From: Stylophora pistillata
Lineage: Eukaryota
Assembly: GCF_002571385.2 (NCBI RefSeq)
Contig: NW_019217936.1
Span: forward strand, 232,855 to 296,854
Length of the DNA stretch: 64,000 nucleotides
Reading direction: 5' to 3'
Position numbers and translations under genes: made by a program. Shown one piece after another: positions 1 through 13,659 of this stretch (position 1 is its first letter; each line of letters starts with the position of its first letter). The notes under the pieces are model-generated. The model was given only the letters and a program-made list of their open reading frames with translations, was not told the origin of the DNA and searched no databases.

Positions 1-1671
1 TTTATTAGTTTATATATATCTATAAACTAATAAAATACTTCGGCTGATTGATGTCATGTCTGACACCAAACAAGAAGAAAAGAATGTTCTTTAAAAAACA
101 CTGTACATTCTGTTGGATGCAGTTCAACTAATGTCAATGTATGGAGACACACTCACTTACCTGGTAATATTTTCTTTGATGAGAATCCTTTTTCAGCGGC
201 TCGGTCTATTGGCTGATTATTTTGTGCTATTTCAATCTGGATGCGATGGAGGGTAATTGCTCAACCAATAACCACTTCCTTACCCATTGTCTTCTTTCCG
301 TCTTAATATACATCAGACCACTGCCAGAGATCCCCGGTCTTGACTTCTCTAAAATTCTTCTTTGGCGGCTCGTTGCTCATTCAGGTTCTGCTTATTTCCT
401 AAACGAGCTAGTATTACATTGCGATCATTTTAGTGAAATAAAAGATTGGTTCCAGACTTGGTGCACAGTATGCTTCACAGAAAGCATTTTAGAACATATG
501 CTGCCAAGGGATAGCCCCCCTGGAAACACAGTTAAACATAGGAAGACTACACAAGGATGAACAAAAATGACAAATACATAGAAAGGGAAAAGAAAAGTCA
601 AAGTCAGTTGCAGATGCTACTCTCTGATCGATAATTGTACAAATCGATGCGAGAGCCGTAAAAGTGAAATTTCGATATGTAAACACGACTCTTGCCATGG
701 AACCAAACACATACTCATACCCGCAGCAAATATCTTATTATTTGCGTCAAAATCCAATGAACGATGTCCCCCTTGCCCATACTCTTTAGAAAAATTTTAA
801 GGGCCAGAGTCATTTCCTAAAAACACCTATTTCTCTACAAATGAATATCAAAACTAAGAATACATCAATAACTGACTTTTTCGTTGTCGTTTTCATTAAT
901 AAGGTCAATACATTTAGTCGTTTTTGCGATGGATGAACGTTTGATTACAGTCGTTAGGATATTTTCCTTGAGGCAGACTACGTGATATCAATTATCGTAC
1001 TGTACTAAAGCGTACATAGGACTGTAATTTGCCTGTTAAACTTTATGAGATCTACGCTTTAGAATGTCTGATAACCCGTGGGAGGCGTGTTAAGAATTTT
1101 CTGGTCGCGTGCGGTGTGGTTAATGGAAGTGACAGATGTTGTTTGACATCTATCATCTGTGATTTACAAGTAAACAGGAAGATGTGGGGAAAATATGTAT
1201 CTATACTCCAACCCTAGTTCAGATTGCTTTGCTTTTACCGTAAAAGCATTTCCTCTTCCATTTATTGCACTGATGTTAGGCGGTAGAACGGCCTTTTTAC
1301 AGTCAGAAGTTCAATTATATCAGCATGGATTTGATTAAAATACTTTTTAATCTACACCAAAGTACATCGTCAAAGCACATTGTATGAACATTCGATTACT
1401 TGGGTCAACCAGGCACGCGTCAATCTTGTGATAAGGTTATCAAAACGACATAAAGTTAAAATCAGCCTTTGGTAAAGATAAGGAATATTGACGACACTAT
1501 TATTAGTATAATGATATAATATAACACAAATGAAAGCATATTCATAAAAAGGAAATCTACTATTACTGAATAACCCTTAAGGTTCGCTCCAATCAACTTT
1601 AATATCGAATGATCCTTTAAAGAATCTGTGCAGACATAGTATATACTTTTTATATGCTCAAACGCCATTAC

Positions 1672-1806
1672 TTTTCTTAGAGTAACGTACGGATTCATAT
1701 ATTTATATCCACCCTTGTATGACCCTGTTCGCGGCATGTAGTCCGTAAGTTCATCTTCTTCTTCAATTCCCGCTGATTGTTGCTCGTCCACTTTTCCGCG
1801 TGTCAT
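1672..1806 (-). CDS. Possible first coding exon of an unidentified gene running off the left edge
   Basis: ATG at 1806, 45 codons (MTRGKVDEQQSAGIEEEDELTDYMPRTGSYKGGYKYMNPYVTLRK) ending at a phase-0 GTAATG donor. No convincing in-frame next exon found and no domain recognised. Confidence 0.25.
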
Positions 1807-2340
1807 GTCTCTCGCTCGAGAGCGTTGCAGAAGCCGTTACGCAAGATTAAAACAACTAGTAAGGTGGCAGAAGATTTAATAAAATTTATTAGAGCAAACA
1901 AGAATTTGCAAACATATAGCAAGAGCCATGAAAATACCAGGGAGACAGCTGATATCCTTCAAGTTTCCCTTTTTCCTGGATGTTTATCGTTCCAGTTTAA
2001 TTGGAACGCTCAGGTGTTTCTTGTTATCTGCACAGCAGGTATCACAACAGTGCTGAACAATTATCATATTTGCACGCAACGGGCCAAGATACGCAACCAA
2101 CGCAAGGTTGAAGGGTCAAAATACTTAATTTATATAATTCCAATGTTATTAATGTTTTTTCTAACTGTTTAACAGCGTTCTGGCAAAATTTCAAAATGTG
2201 GTCATCTATCAACCCCTCCACGCTAATTATAAGAAATTCTTGGTGAGCCGCATTGAATATATCTTTTGTTAGTGAATGGGTCGATGGGGGCATCCTTATT
2301 ATGATTTATATGGAGGAGGACGACCTTTTTAATACTTATT

Positions 2341-2402
2341 GTCATCATTTTTATCATTTTCATCATCATCATTATTATTATTATTATTATTATTACTATT
2401 AC

Positions 2403-2435
<33 letters not shown>
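2341..2435. repeat. (CAT)n/(ATT)n trinucleotide microsatellite
   Basis: Runs of catcat.. and attattatt..; these generate the poly-I and poly-Y ORFs in the track. Confidence 0.95.
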
Positions 2436-2735
2436 CACACCCATTTTGATATAACTGGTGATTTTTGCAATCTGATTTGCTCTCGCCGGTGCGATTTATT
2501 CACAAATCGCACCATTTTATTCTTTAAGTTGCATCGTATTCCTAGCCAAGTGGTAGCTTTGCTAAAACACAACCACCAATAAAATTTTAAGGCTTTTCTA
2601 AAGCAATAAATCAAACTGTAGAAAAATGAGAGAAATCTTTTGAAACTTTTTACAAACCACAGCTCAATATACTGTATCAAAATATTTGAACAGACTGAAA
2701 CAACTTCCACTTTGCGATTTAAAAATAGATGATTC

Positions 2736-2905
2736 TAGACCAAAATTGCACGACAGGAAGTTCATAGACGTCGTGTCGTGCAATTTTGGTCTGAAATCAT
2801 ACTTGTGATTTCAAATCAAACTCGCACTAGCACTGCGCTTTCGTTGGATTTTGAAATCACGCGTATGATTTCAGACCAAATTGCGCCATCAGTTCAATTA
2901 CCATT
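2736..2905. mobile_element. Palindromic MITE-like repeat remnant
   Basis: Nested inverted repeats: agaccaaaattgcacgac / gtcgtgcaattttggtct and ttggtctgaaatcatac..gtgatttcaaa / tttgaaatcac..gtatgatttcagaccaa. Confidence 0.55.
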
Positions 2906-4076
2906 AAATATCATATAAATCGCTTTGATTACCATTGTCATCATTTTTATCGTTATGTTGCAATATTATCATTGATGTTATTATTATTATTATTATTATT
3001 ATTAATGCTTTACTGAGCGGATGAAGAATTTGGAGCTCGAAAGGTAGTTCCCAGTTCTTTTTCCTCTACTTTCTGATAAATATGCTCTAAACTTTGGGCG
3101 ACGCGGTAACTAGGTACTTAAAACAAACTTAATCCACGTAACTTAAAAATTCCTGTCGAACTCAGCTCTCTCCAATACACTCCTACTTCAATTTCTTGTT
3201 GAGATTTGCCTTTATTCCCAATCAAGAGATAATAATCTCTTGCTCACAATTCATTAGTCTCTTCAACCCACGGAAGATACATTTCCGTGTTTAAGGCCGA
3301 AAACAACAACAGACCGTTTTTCTTTGTCATGAAATGTATTAATCAATTCACAACAATCATTTATAAAAACCTGTAAATGAGTTTACATATTAGCTAACTA
3401 CAAAACAGCTCTTACATACGGTACGCGGGTTTGGTTTTTGAAATTTAACTAAGTGCTATCACTTTTTCCAAAACAGGACCCCTTTTCACTTTTGAAAAGC
3501 TTGATCATTAACCGATCAGCTCTAATAAATTGTGCAGGTAGCTTTAATTCGGGTTACCGGCGGATACAAAGGGGAGTTGCGTATTGTTTTACGAAGCGAG
3601 GGCCATCTATTCTAGTCGCTTGCCTCATAGATTTCGTCAGATCAAATCTATGCACTTTTAGTAAAAGGTAACAACATTAAAGTTTCTTTGTATCCTTCTC
3701 CTATATGTATATATTTTTTTGAAAACAGCAAACCCTAAAGATTGATTATGATAAATCTCTAAAAATCAGTTTTGACCTCACTGAGTTTCTAGATCAATCC
3801 AGATCGTTAATGTCCGGAATCGTCCAATGTTGTATTGTTTGACTTGCTTTGTTCTTAGATCCTGATAAAGTGCACTGCTAATGCGAGCTTTTGCTCGAAC
3901 TCTGCTCTGTGCTGAGCTGTATCTAATGAAGGGGCCCATCGCAGTATAATATCGGTTTCTGATCTAAAATATTGCTTTTCCTAGACAACCCTACAGCTTT
4001 ACAACTAAGACTTAGATTAAGACCTTGGGCTGTTTTTCCTTTTTACTACTCAGGCGGACACAACAGTTCTCAAGCT

Positions 4077-7000
4077 TTACATCACCAGACAAGCTTCAGA
4101 CGGCTGCTGCCGTGAGCCAACAGTTAAGACAGGCATCATTACCACATCCTATGATGAAAGGAATCTGTCAGCAACGCATGGACCTCTAGAGAGGTTCATG
4201 AAAATCATATATTTGAACTGAGAAGAAATATTGGGGACATTATGGGAAATATTGCAGTTATTGAAATGACCCCGAAACTAACACACAAACCAGCAGACAA
4301 GAAAAAAAAAAGAAAAAAAAAAGGAGTCTATGATTATGCGACTGAGTGATCTGAACCCATGATCATCGGGTGAAACTGGCCCAGCTCAGAACTATTGAGA
4401 CAGCTATCGAATTACGCTTCTGCGAGTATTTCAGACTTCCAGACACCTACCGCAGGGTGGACACGAAGATCATGTGCTCCTTCTGCGCCATCTCGGTAGG
4501 TGTTAGTGTTTCCATTAGGCCAGCGGACCTGCTCATCAATAGACATATTTACAAAGTTGCTCGACGTGAACACTTCCACTTTGACTAGTGTTAAAAGTAT
4601 TACAAGTGAAGGAGTAGTTGTGAAAAGGCGAATGAATCTACAAACATATATGATTTGACAGGCAACAGTGTCATATCAAAAGTAATTTCTTGTTATTCTC
4701 GATTAAAAAACATGTATTTAGTGACTGTTTTTTGGAAATCATGAGAGGGCTTCATTGTATTTGCCACTAGCACAAGTTGGAATCAGTAGATGTATTTCAA
4801 AAGCCAAATTAAGATAGGTTTGAGGCGAAATGATCAATTTGATGTTTTTAAAATTAAAAGTTGATGTTTTGAAATTAAAATTTCAGTGAGGGAGCAAAAC
4901 AATTCAAGGGAGGGGAAATCGAAAAGGAAAAAAAATTATAAAGTGAAACATGGCAAATTCACCTTTGCAATTCCACCGCCTACGTGGTAGACGCGACCGA
5001 TGTTCCCACTTCCTCCATCCTGATTTCCCCATTTCCAGTCTGGTCCTAAATTGATAAAAAGTACATTTAAAATTAAGGAAATCACTCTTAGTTCCCAGAC
5101 AATTATACGACAGCTATTTGTGTAGTTGCAGCGCTTACAGTGGTTGGTAATCCAGTGAAGCAAATTTCCCGCCAATTCTTCCCCCTTCTACCCCTCCATT
5201 TCCCTAAGTGAGTCCCTGTCCCACAATGACTGTAATGTACAAAGGCTTAAGTTTCATTTCCATTCGCAATCATGTTAAGTTTGTCGTCCGTCTTATGACA
5301 TGTCTTCAAACATTGGATTAATCGATTGATTCCCACCCACTTTCTCAGTCGCACTATCGGGAGCTTAGGGGGTCCCCCGAAGTTTTCTAACCTCTAATCA
5401 CACGACATCCAACTTGAACTCCTTCAAGGAGAAGCACGCGTCTGTTTTCATCAACAACCTAAAAATGACAGTGATACTGCGCGAAACTTAAGCCTCAAGC
5501 ACTGGTGCGCAATGTAACGAAGACTTTGGTCAACACAGTGTTTAAGTCTTCAATGTAATTGCAGATCTCGGTACTATGTCACTCCGCATGTACTCCAATA
5601 GTCGCACCCTCATCATTTTCCTCTTTGACGTGCGACTGTAGTGACTGGCAGCTTACCAAAGTGCATAACCTCTTCCTCTCGCCAGTTTATTAGGCGGAAG
5701 AAATGCAAACATCTTACCCCCCCCGTAGAAATACTATCTAAACAGTTTTAAATGCAAGGTTATTTTCTTACTTTGACATCAAAAGCGGAATCTTTTCCAT
5801 AACGGTAGGAATTCTTATTCCCGCGATCCCATTGAATCTCCACCCAACCTAAAAGCAAATGAGACCCTATTAGATTACACACTTAGCGAAAGAGGAGAAA
5901 ATGGCATGCAGACCAAAGGAGGGCGGGCTCTTGGTTCAGGCCTTGAGACATGTCAGATAAATTCATATAAACATTAAGATGGAATTAAGGTGAAAAAGTC
6001 AAAATAGATATCGTCCAGTTTTGTCAAAGAAACGAATTAAAAAAGGAATAAATCTGTATTTTCTTAGCGAGAATTTACCAGGTGGCACAATGTAGATAAC
6101 AGGATAAACCAACTCCCTACTCACCTGTACTGTTTCACCATTTTCTCTTCACACTCAGGCAATAGGAATCCTGCATCAAAATCTTGCTGCTATTTAACGT
6201 GGGCCTTGTGTGTGGTATATGTCAGTTATTTTAAAATAAAACAGACAGTGGAAAAGACAAAAACAACAACAAAAGACAACAAAGCGAAACCAAAAAAATA
6301 AAAAAGACAAAAAAATAACGACGACAACAACAAAAACCACAACTGCTAAACAGATGAAGTACCGAACTTCGAATTTAGTAACACTGTGTAACCATATAAA
6401 TGAATAGATTCAAAATGGTTTGCAGTTAGACAAGGGCCTACCAAAACGTTTTGTTACAATAAATTATCACGTTTTCTATTCTTAATAACACAGCAATTGG
6501 ACTCACATGACGCAGCTGAGTATGAAGTAAGCAATAAAAGTCTTAACTTAACTCACCAGGCGTTCCACCAGCATCCACTACTGTACCCACTCTCCCTCCG
6601 TCTTGATCACCCCATTTCCAGTGAGGTCCTCTGCGAACACGTGTCCCCAATGGGGGGGGTCTGGGATAGTTCTGAGGAATAACAATAACAACAGCTCGAA
6701 CATGACAGGTACTATTTTGAGATTTTCTTTGAGTACCAAGGGGCTTAAAATTCCTTGTCTGTGAGTGTCCATTTATTTGTCTGTTTAATCATTCACTTAT
6801 TGGTATATTGTCGTTGTTGAAGTTCTCCCGGATTGCTTCTGTCAGAGACCATTAAATAGCCCGCGCCGACGCTAACGATAACAGTACACAATATAAAGGT
6901 GCCACATTTCATTACTTTCCAACAGCATTCAAAAATATTTCTACAATATCATTTTGTATATCCTGATTAGTCAGTAGTTCAGCTTGAGGGAAAATATTTC

Positions 7001-10000
7001 TCTCCCGTCATGAAGACATGTTAAGCATATCTTTGCCAAAGCAGAATTTTCCACTCACCCCATTATTGTTGTCATCATCTTCTGCAACCAACATGGCCAA
7101 AAGCAGAGCCATGAGAGGACGCTGCAAACAGAAATAACAAACGAACAATTGCAGAACTGCTTCGTGTGTGTGTGCAGTGTTTTTCCTTTTGAACAGATTA
7201 AATTAAGAAAAAAGGTAAATTTTTAACATGGCTGTCTAGACATTTTTATTCTCAGTCCAAAATGGTTCTACCTTAGCTACACGCGCGGATGATTTATAAT
7301 CTTTAAAGGGTTAGCCTTTTGAAAGGTTTGAAATCATTGACACTGAGCCATCAATTTTACATGTAGTAGCGGGTAAGTCTCTCACCAGCTCTCCCTCCTC
7401 CATATCTTCGCCGAGACTTCGCATAAACTGCTGCAACACGAGCAAGTTCCTAAGTTGTGTCATGTCTGTGGAACAGGAAAGTAAACAAAACAATGCTTCT
7501 TGTTTATGAAGTAATTTGTCACCTTGGAATCAGTTATTTAGACTCGTGAGAATCGTTAACACCGAGCTTTGGGATGAGCAAACTTTGCCTACTACAAAAG
7601 CTATACACACTATAAAAGTGTGTATGATACTATTATGACGATACCACGTTGCCAATTAAATCGAGGCACTCTGATTGTTACAGTTTTTAAGTCTCACCAA
7701 CAGTTTTCAAATTCTGAAAATTACCCTTCATTCCACCCATTTTTAAAGAGTCCCTTAACATTTTCGCAGTGCCAGCCCATAATTATTGAATACCCTTGTC
7801 AAAGGAATATGACTGACACCGTACGCTGTTGTCCTGGGATTAATATACTCTTAAGCAAAGAACTGCACGCCAAATTTGAAAGTTACTCCATTCTGTACGG
7901 CAGCACACTTGCGTGAAAGACTTAAACTGAAAGATATCGAGTACCCCGCTCCTCCCTTCCATCCTGACAATAGAGGATAAGCTGTTTTAAGCAAACCTTT
8001 TCAGTGAAAAGGTGAAATTCCACTTGAAAAGCCAAATTTCTCATTTCATTATGAATATTGAAATAGTTGTCACACACCTAATCAAGAGTTGACTACAAGT
8101 CTATGGTTTCAGTTTGTGTAAAATTAAATATTAGTTTCAGTGCAACGGGAATTATGGTTGATAAACTCACCATGCGAAAACTGGGCAATAAAACGGGACA
8201 GCAACACTTGGCGCTTGAAAAAAGTGCTGAGTTCCTCCATATTTTGCACCATCACGTACATTCCTCCAGTTGTCTGTGCAATACTCGCCAAAAGTTTCTA
8301 AATAATTTGGATATATCAAAAAAGTTGAAATGGTAAATTGGCCACCGTAACGATTACAAAAGCTGACGTTTCTAAGGTTTCACGAAAACGCAAATTAATC
8401 ATTTAGTCTTGACAAGAAACTAGAAGCAGTGTATAATCTCTTTAATTTGCGCAGTGTGCCAAGTTCTCGGTAAGAAACCTAGCTATCAAAGCGTTTATTT
8501 GGGAATATAACAGAGTCAGAATTGCCCGGGAAACTAACGAGCCTGCGATGGAAAAGGATATCAGCCCGGGAAGACTGGTAAAACTCCCAACTCATTTTTG
8601 CCAACGAAACTAGGAAAACTACGGTATAGCAAGCATTGCTGACTTTTCTACTTAAATTTCTTTAACCAGCGCATTTCTTTTACCTGATCAGCCTTTCCAC
8701 AGCCAACACAGGCGATTGGGATCTTATAAGGAAGACCAACTTCTTGCCAGCGAGGACCAAAAAGCACAGCGACCAACAGCACTGCAGTTAAGGCCTGAAA
8801 TAAAAATGTCGAAAGCTAAACGGGATTCATATTAGTGGCTAAAAAGCTAAAGCATCGTCAATAAATACAGCTACATTAAGAGAGGAAAATCGAAAGCAGA
8901 GTACGAGACGCTTAGAAATGCTACATAAGCGTTGCCAAAAAGAATGATTTTATCAACTAGTTTGCAGCAAGATATATTAGCTTGTACTTTTGGTTTAACT
9001 GGAAAAGAAACAGCAAAAAGAAACAAAATCTGTTTATTGCATACAGTTCAAGCACAGAGGTTAAATGGGTTTTCGCGTAATGAAAAATTAAGTATTCTTA
9101 ATTTTCGTGAACTGTGAAAATACGAGATTGAAACCTCGTGAATTATTAATTTTTTGTTATTCGTGATTCGTGAACCTTAAAGTTCTTTATCGGATTTTTC
9201 ATGAAGTTATTTCTTCTTTTTGACGTGCGTGAGAAGTGTGCAGGACTCCTTCTCCCCGTTACCCCTTTCTGCACAGAAGCGCTTTAATAAGTGATCGGTA
9301 ATACCACTTATCCATGCTAATCGTGAATTCAGGGCTCCATTTTTTCGTGGTAAAGAGGATTAAGCTTCTGTTTATTTTATGTCAAACACCATAGTTCCAA
9401 AAACATGTTTATCTTTTACAGTCTTGCCTGTTCATTTTCACTTCCATTTTCATCAGTAGGTTTCCCGTCAGTCATGAGAATAATGCGTGGACAAAGTTTT
9501 CTTCCATTAACACTGACAACACCACCTGAGAAATTAAACAGTCCGAAAGACAAGGAGGCGTATGAAACTTTCGTGTTTCATGCTTTAAATAACATTCATT
9601 TTCCATTATTGTTTGCTTCACTGGCTTCGTGACACGATATGTAACCTATTCATTTCTCTGTGAACCAAAATGGAATCACATCCTAATTACTCTAAAACAT
9701 GCTCGTCCCTTTCTTGAGATGGAAACAAAAGGATGAGGTCTTCTGAAAAATGTTAGCAGTCTTCTCCACAAGCGATATTTAAGTTTACCTTATCAGCGGG
9801 TATTACTCACCATTTTTTCCAATTTCCTGAAGAGCCATTAGCAAACCATCTTTCATAGGAGTCGTTCCATTGGCACTAAGTCCACCTGAAACAGAACGAG
9901 ACATCTCTCAGAGAAACAAAAAACAAAGCTAAAGAGAGATATCACGAGAACTTTCTTCATTCCACTTAATCAGAACTTAAGCTATCTAAATGATTTCAAC

Positions 10001-12169
10001 GACATTTTGACACCTTTTTCTCTTGAGGTAATCAATGCTGAAATGGTGAGTTAAAGCAGTCATCAAATTTCAAAAAATAAAAATACCTATCTGACTTTTT
10101 ACAACTACTAAGAGCAGCGTCATATTATTTTGAAACGTTACATTTGTCAACCCATGTATGGTTTCACTAAAAAAACAGAGGATCGGATAGAATTCAATAC
10201 TGATGTCTAGAATTTCAAACGAAGAAAAGAGTGCAACTTACGGATTTTCATTTTGAGACTTGGATAGTTGTTTGACAAGCTATGCAATATTTGGGTCTTG
10301 GCCCCAAACTCAACTATGGCAACATTTTCCTGAGAGTAAAAAGCAAATGTATATTTATCAAAAGAATCAAACTACTCACTGAAACAACATGCACCTTCAA
10401 ACACTCGTAACACAGAAAATAAAATGCATTCTATTAATACAATAAGCTAACTGAAGCTCAGTTCATGGAGCAGATCATGTGAGTCATAAAGACTAAGCAG
10501 CAAGAGACAAGTGCGCGAGCTCGATATCTCAGCATTCTACTGCTTATAATGACGATAACCACTTGATCGCGGAGAAGAAATTAATTGCGATTTGACAGAA
10601 TCTATCCGAAACGTGTTTTTAAAACAGCTACATCTTAGTATGATGCAGGAACTTCTTAGTATGATGCATGAACTTCATATATTCATCGTATCAGCTACAT
10701 CTTAGTTAAAAATCTAGTCAGCCTTTTTTTCTTCAGATTGTTCAGAATGTTTTGTTTGCATTGCGTGACGGCTGATGACGAGTGTGACTTGGCGGCCTCG
10801 CCTTATTCAGATTAGTTTACCACCTGCAGAACGTTTCCGTGACGTTCTTCGTTTTTTTGTTGTTGTTGTCGCAAGAAGCGAATGAAGTTGTTAGCATTAA
10901 AACCGGAATTTCAGAGACCTTGTGTGAGTTAATTTGGTGTCACAGAAAACGTTTTCCACAAGATAAAAGTTGCGTAGATCACGAGTCAGTCCACGTCCGT
11001 CATATCAATACATGTAATGGGTCAGTCCGTTTCAGTGCGCGTTTTTTATTTCCTAGAAATGTTAGGCGTTGATAGTCTAAATAGATCACGGGAACAAGGG
11101 GAAACAGGAGTAAAGTGATAAACCGAAAGTGAGACGAAGCACTCGCCTATTATTGACACCGGAAGTTTCGACATGCTCGTTATTCTCTTAGGGCCGGCCA
11201 TTTAACTCTTGAGGGGGGGGTGGGTGATTTTGAAAAAGAGAATTTAGAACGGAAAAAAATATCCTGCCCAGCAGATTGCTAGAAAAAAAAATTTCTTGAT
11301 GACTAGAAATCACCCCCCAAAGTTAAATGGTCGGCCGCTTAGCATTAACAGAAAATGATACTCTTGATAACACAATAACACATATTTTACATTAGTGCGT
11401 GCGTGTGTCCCCTTGGGAGTCTGATTTCTATTTACTGTCGACCGTTTTGAACTACTAACCCTACTGATATTTGTCTCCTCCTTATCAAATATTTTCAAAA
11501 CAGAATGTCATTAACCGAAACACAACATTTTTCCGAGAAGCTTATACGGGGTCGCAGTAGAGATTTACTTCCATTCGGACACTTGCAGGAAATTACCGAA
11601 ATTCGCATCTGGTTCGATGAATCAAAACTCAATGACACAATAGACATGATTTTCTGTTATGAGTTACTTTTCATCCATTCGGACTTGAGTTAGGAAGTCT
11701 CGCTACCAAATAACGGAAGTAACCATTGTTTAACGCATCAAACCTCCTTAGCAAACAAAAACGCTTGCTTTCCTTGTTCTGAACATTGAACTTGTCACAT
11801 AAATAGACTCTTCTTTCCCAATTATGAAACCCGCGCAATCGTCCGTACTCTGTAATCTCATGTTGTCTTCATTGTAAAAGAAGTGAATTTCAAAAATTAA
11901 CTTAGAAATCGAGTAAGGGTTTGTTTTCGCGAAGCTGATGAAAACATTTTCACCACATATCCTTGCGACACTGAGGTTTCTATGTAAAGAAAACATTGCT
12001 ATGCATTTCGTGGGTCCCCACTTCTCACCTTTAAATTCGCCTGCTTTGCAGTTTCCTCGACTCCTTCCAGAAATTTGAGCGCAGCTGCTTTGAGCTGGTT
12101 GATGCCCTCATTGTTATTCCATCCCATGGATCCCGAAGTGTCGAGACAAAGAACTGTATCCAAAGGCAT
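4077..12169 (-). CDS. vWA domain + 2x MIB/HERC2 domain protein with C-terminal CaaX (14 coding exons, ~424 aa)
   Basis: Phase-consistent exons: 12169-12029, 10329-10242, 9885-9811, 9525-9428 (GC donor), 8794-8684, 8297-8171, 7465-7386, 7121-7059, 6671-6557, 5848-5772, 5458-5392, 5045-4963, 4528-4451, 4148-4077 (sum 1275 nt). vWA motifs LCLDTSGSM (MIDAS DxSxS), GTTPM, IILMTDG. MIB/HERC2 repeats GTRVRRGPHWKWGDQDGG..GWVEIQWDRGNKNSYRYG..FDV and GCRVIRGPDWKWGNQDGG..VRWPNGNTNTYRDGAEGAHDL. Ends ..SEACLVM*. The last exon is the least certain. Confidence 0.9.
8300..8371 (-). mobile_element. Short Penelope-like pLTR fragment abutting a splice acceptor
   Basis: aaataatttggatatatcaa..gccaccgtaacgattacaaaagctgacgtttc is near-identical to ~43978-44050 and ~31300-31372. 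Confidence 0.85.
11191..11338. mobile_element. MITE with TIRs and TTA flanks (PIF/Harbinger-like)
   Basis: tta|gggccggccatttaact..gggggg ... ccccccaaagttaaatggtcggccgc|tta. Confidence 0.65.
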
Positions 12170-13440
12170 CCTGTTGGCATTAAGCGACTCTGTCCCCCTC
12201 TTTACGTAGAGAGAATAATGAGGACGCGATATATCTACAACAGAAATTGTCTTAACATGTAACAAGAGTCTCTAAGGTGCACATTCCTCGACCGCTCGAC
12301 TTCTCAAACTACACGCGATAAATTTATGGATAAAAAACAGTCATCCGAGACGCATTTATTCCTGAACGTTCCAGAAGGTATTTAAAACCCCATATTTACC
12401 CCTGCCATCTAATTCTCAAGTAAAAGCGAGCAGCTCATTGGAGACGATTAAATCAAATTTTTGTATTTGTTTCTGAGTGTTATTGCGTAGGTAAAATAAC
12501 TTTGTATGCGTCCATGCATATCGAATGCGTATGAATGTTTTCTGATTCTCCAGACAGACATCAGAGGAGTTTCTGTTAATACGATAGCGTGAACAGCACT
12601 CGTGCATTGGGTGAGAAGCTCGTTACCAGACGCAACAAACTGCAAACTTTTCACTTTAACGTTACTCCTTCGCTCGTAGTAAAGACGCGTTTACTTCCGG
12701 GATGTGCCGTCAATTAGTCATACATTTTATCTCTCTCTTTCAACTGCGACACCTATGTTATAACAAATAATTAAACTATGCTAAAGATGTTTTCGGACAG
12801 TCTTCTTACCTCACAATACACTGCTTCGGTGAATATACTGGGGTGATGCTGATTTGTAACAATCGCATTGAGGTCAGGTTCGTAGCTACGAATGTTGCTC
12901 CGTTGGCTGTGACACTGAACAACACCCAGAATAAATTCAGGTTTTAACTGGTTTCATCATCATTAAGCCTCGGTTTGGTTCCTGACGTAGAGGAGACGGA
13001 GGGGAAAACAGTGAGGAGAGACTGGAGTCATTGTAATTGTGGCGTGCAGCGATTTACATAAACCTCTTCGCACTGAAACTTATGATTATTACAGGAATTA
13101 GTCGGCTAAACGTTATCACCGACGCAAGCAACGGAAAATCAGAAAACAACTCCATCGGCATGCCAAGGATCGTAGAATTGATGCGAACTTTAGCCGTAGC
13201 TAGGTATTACTCAGTACATGCTTGGACATGACAGTATAGATTGATTTCTATACTGTTTCATCTATTCGTTCTTGCCAAAATTGTTCCCGTGAACACTCCT
13301 ATTCAGTGTATTCTTTGATAGTTTTTTTCGTTTGTACGTTTGTTTGTTTGTTCAGTTTTAGGGAGACCGGGGGCCAGGGGGGAGGGGGTTAGTTTTAATA
13401 TATTTAAAAGTGGTGACATTTGATTCCGCCTTGTCTCTAA

Positions 13441-13659
13441 CCCTTTACATCCTTACATCAGTATATTCTCCAAACTTCTCTCCACACATTTCGCAAGGTG
13501 CTGACAAGGAGAATTTGTAAAACAATCAAGAGTTTCTAGTTGGTGATCATTTTCCCTTTCTTATGACCCAGGTGGTACCTGCTTGTGACCTTAATGTGAG
13601 ATTCGGGGGTGATAATGTCAAAAGAAATTAGGTGCTAGTCACTTTTAGGTGTTAAAAGG
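13441..13659. mobile_element. Degenerate MITE with TTAA-like flanks
   Basis: ctaa|ccctttacatcct ... ggtgttaaaagg|ttaa imperfect terminal inverted repeats; resembles an abundant coral non-autonomous repeat (recognised from memory). Confidence 0.5.

Noticed and set aside
161-398. Exon-like segment with AG and GTAAGT boundaries on the minus strand
   Set aside because: Stops in all three frames; cannot be joined to the 1672-1806 exon.
2223-2582. Poly-I and poly-Y/H ORFs
   Set aside because: Trinucleotide microsatellite.
6125-6170. Possible extra exon (GFLLPECEEKMVKQYR) in the vWA-MIB gene
   Set aside because: Breaks phase; exon 5848-5772 completes the MIB/HERC2 domain properly.
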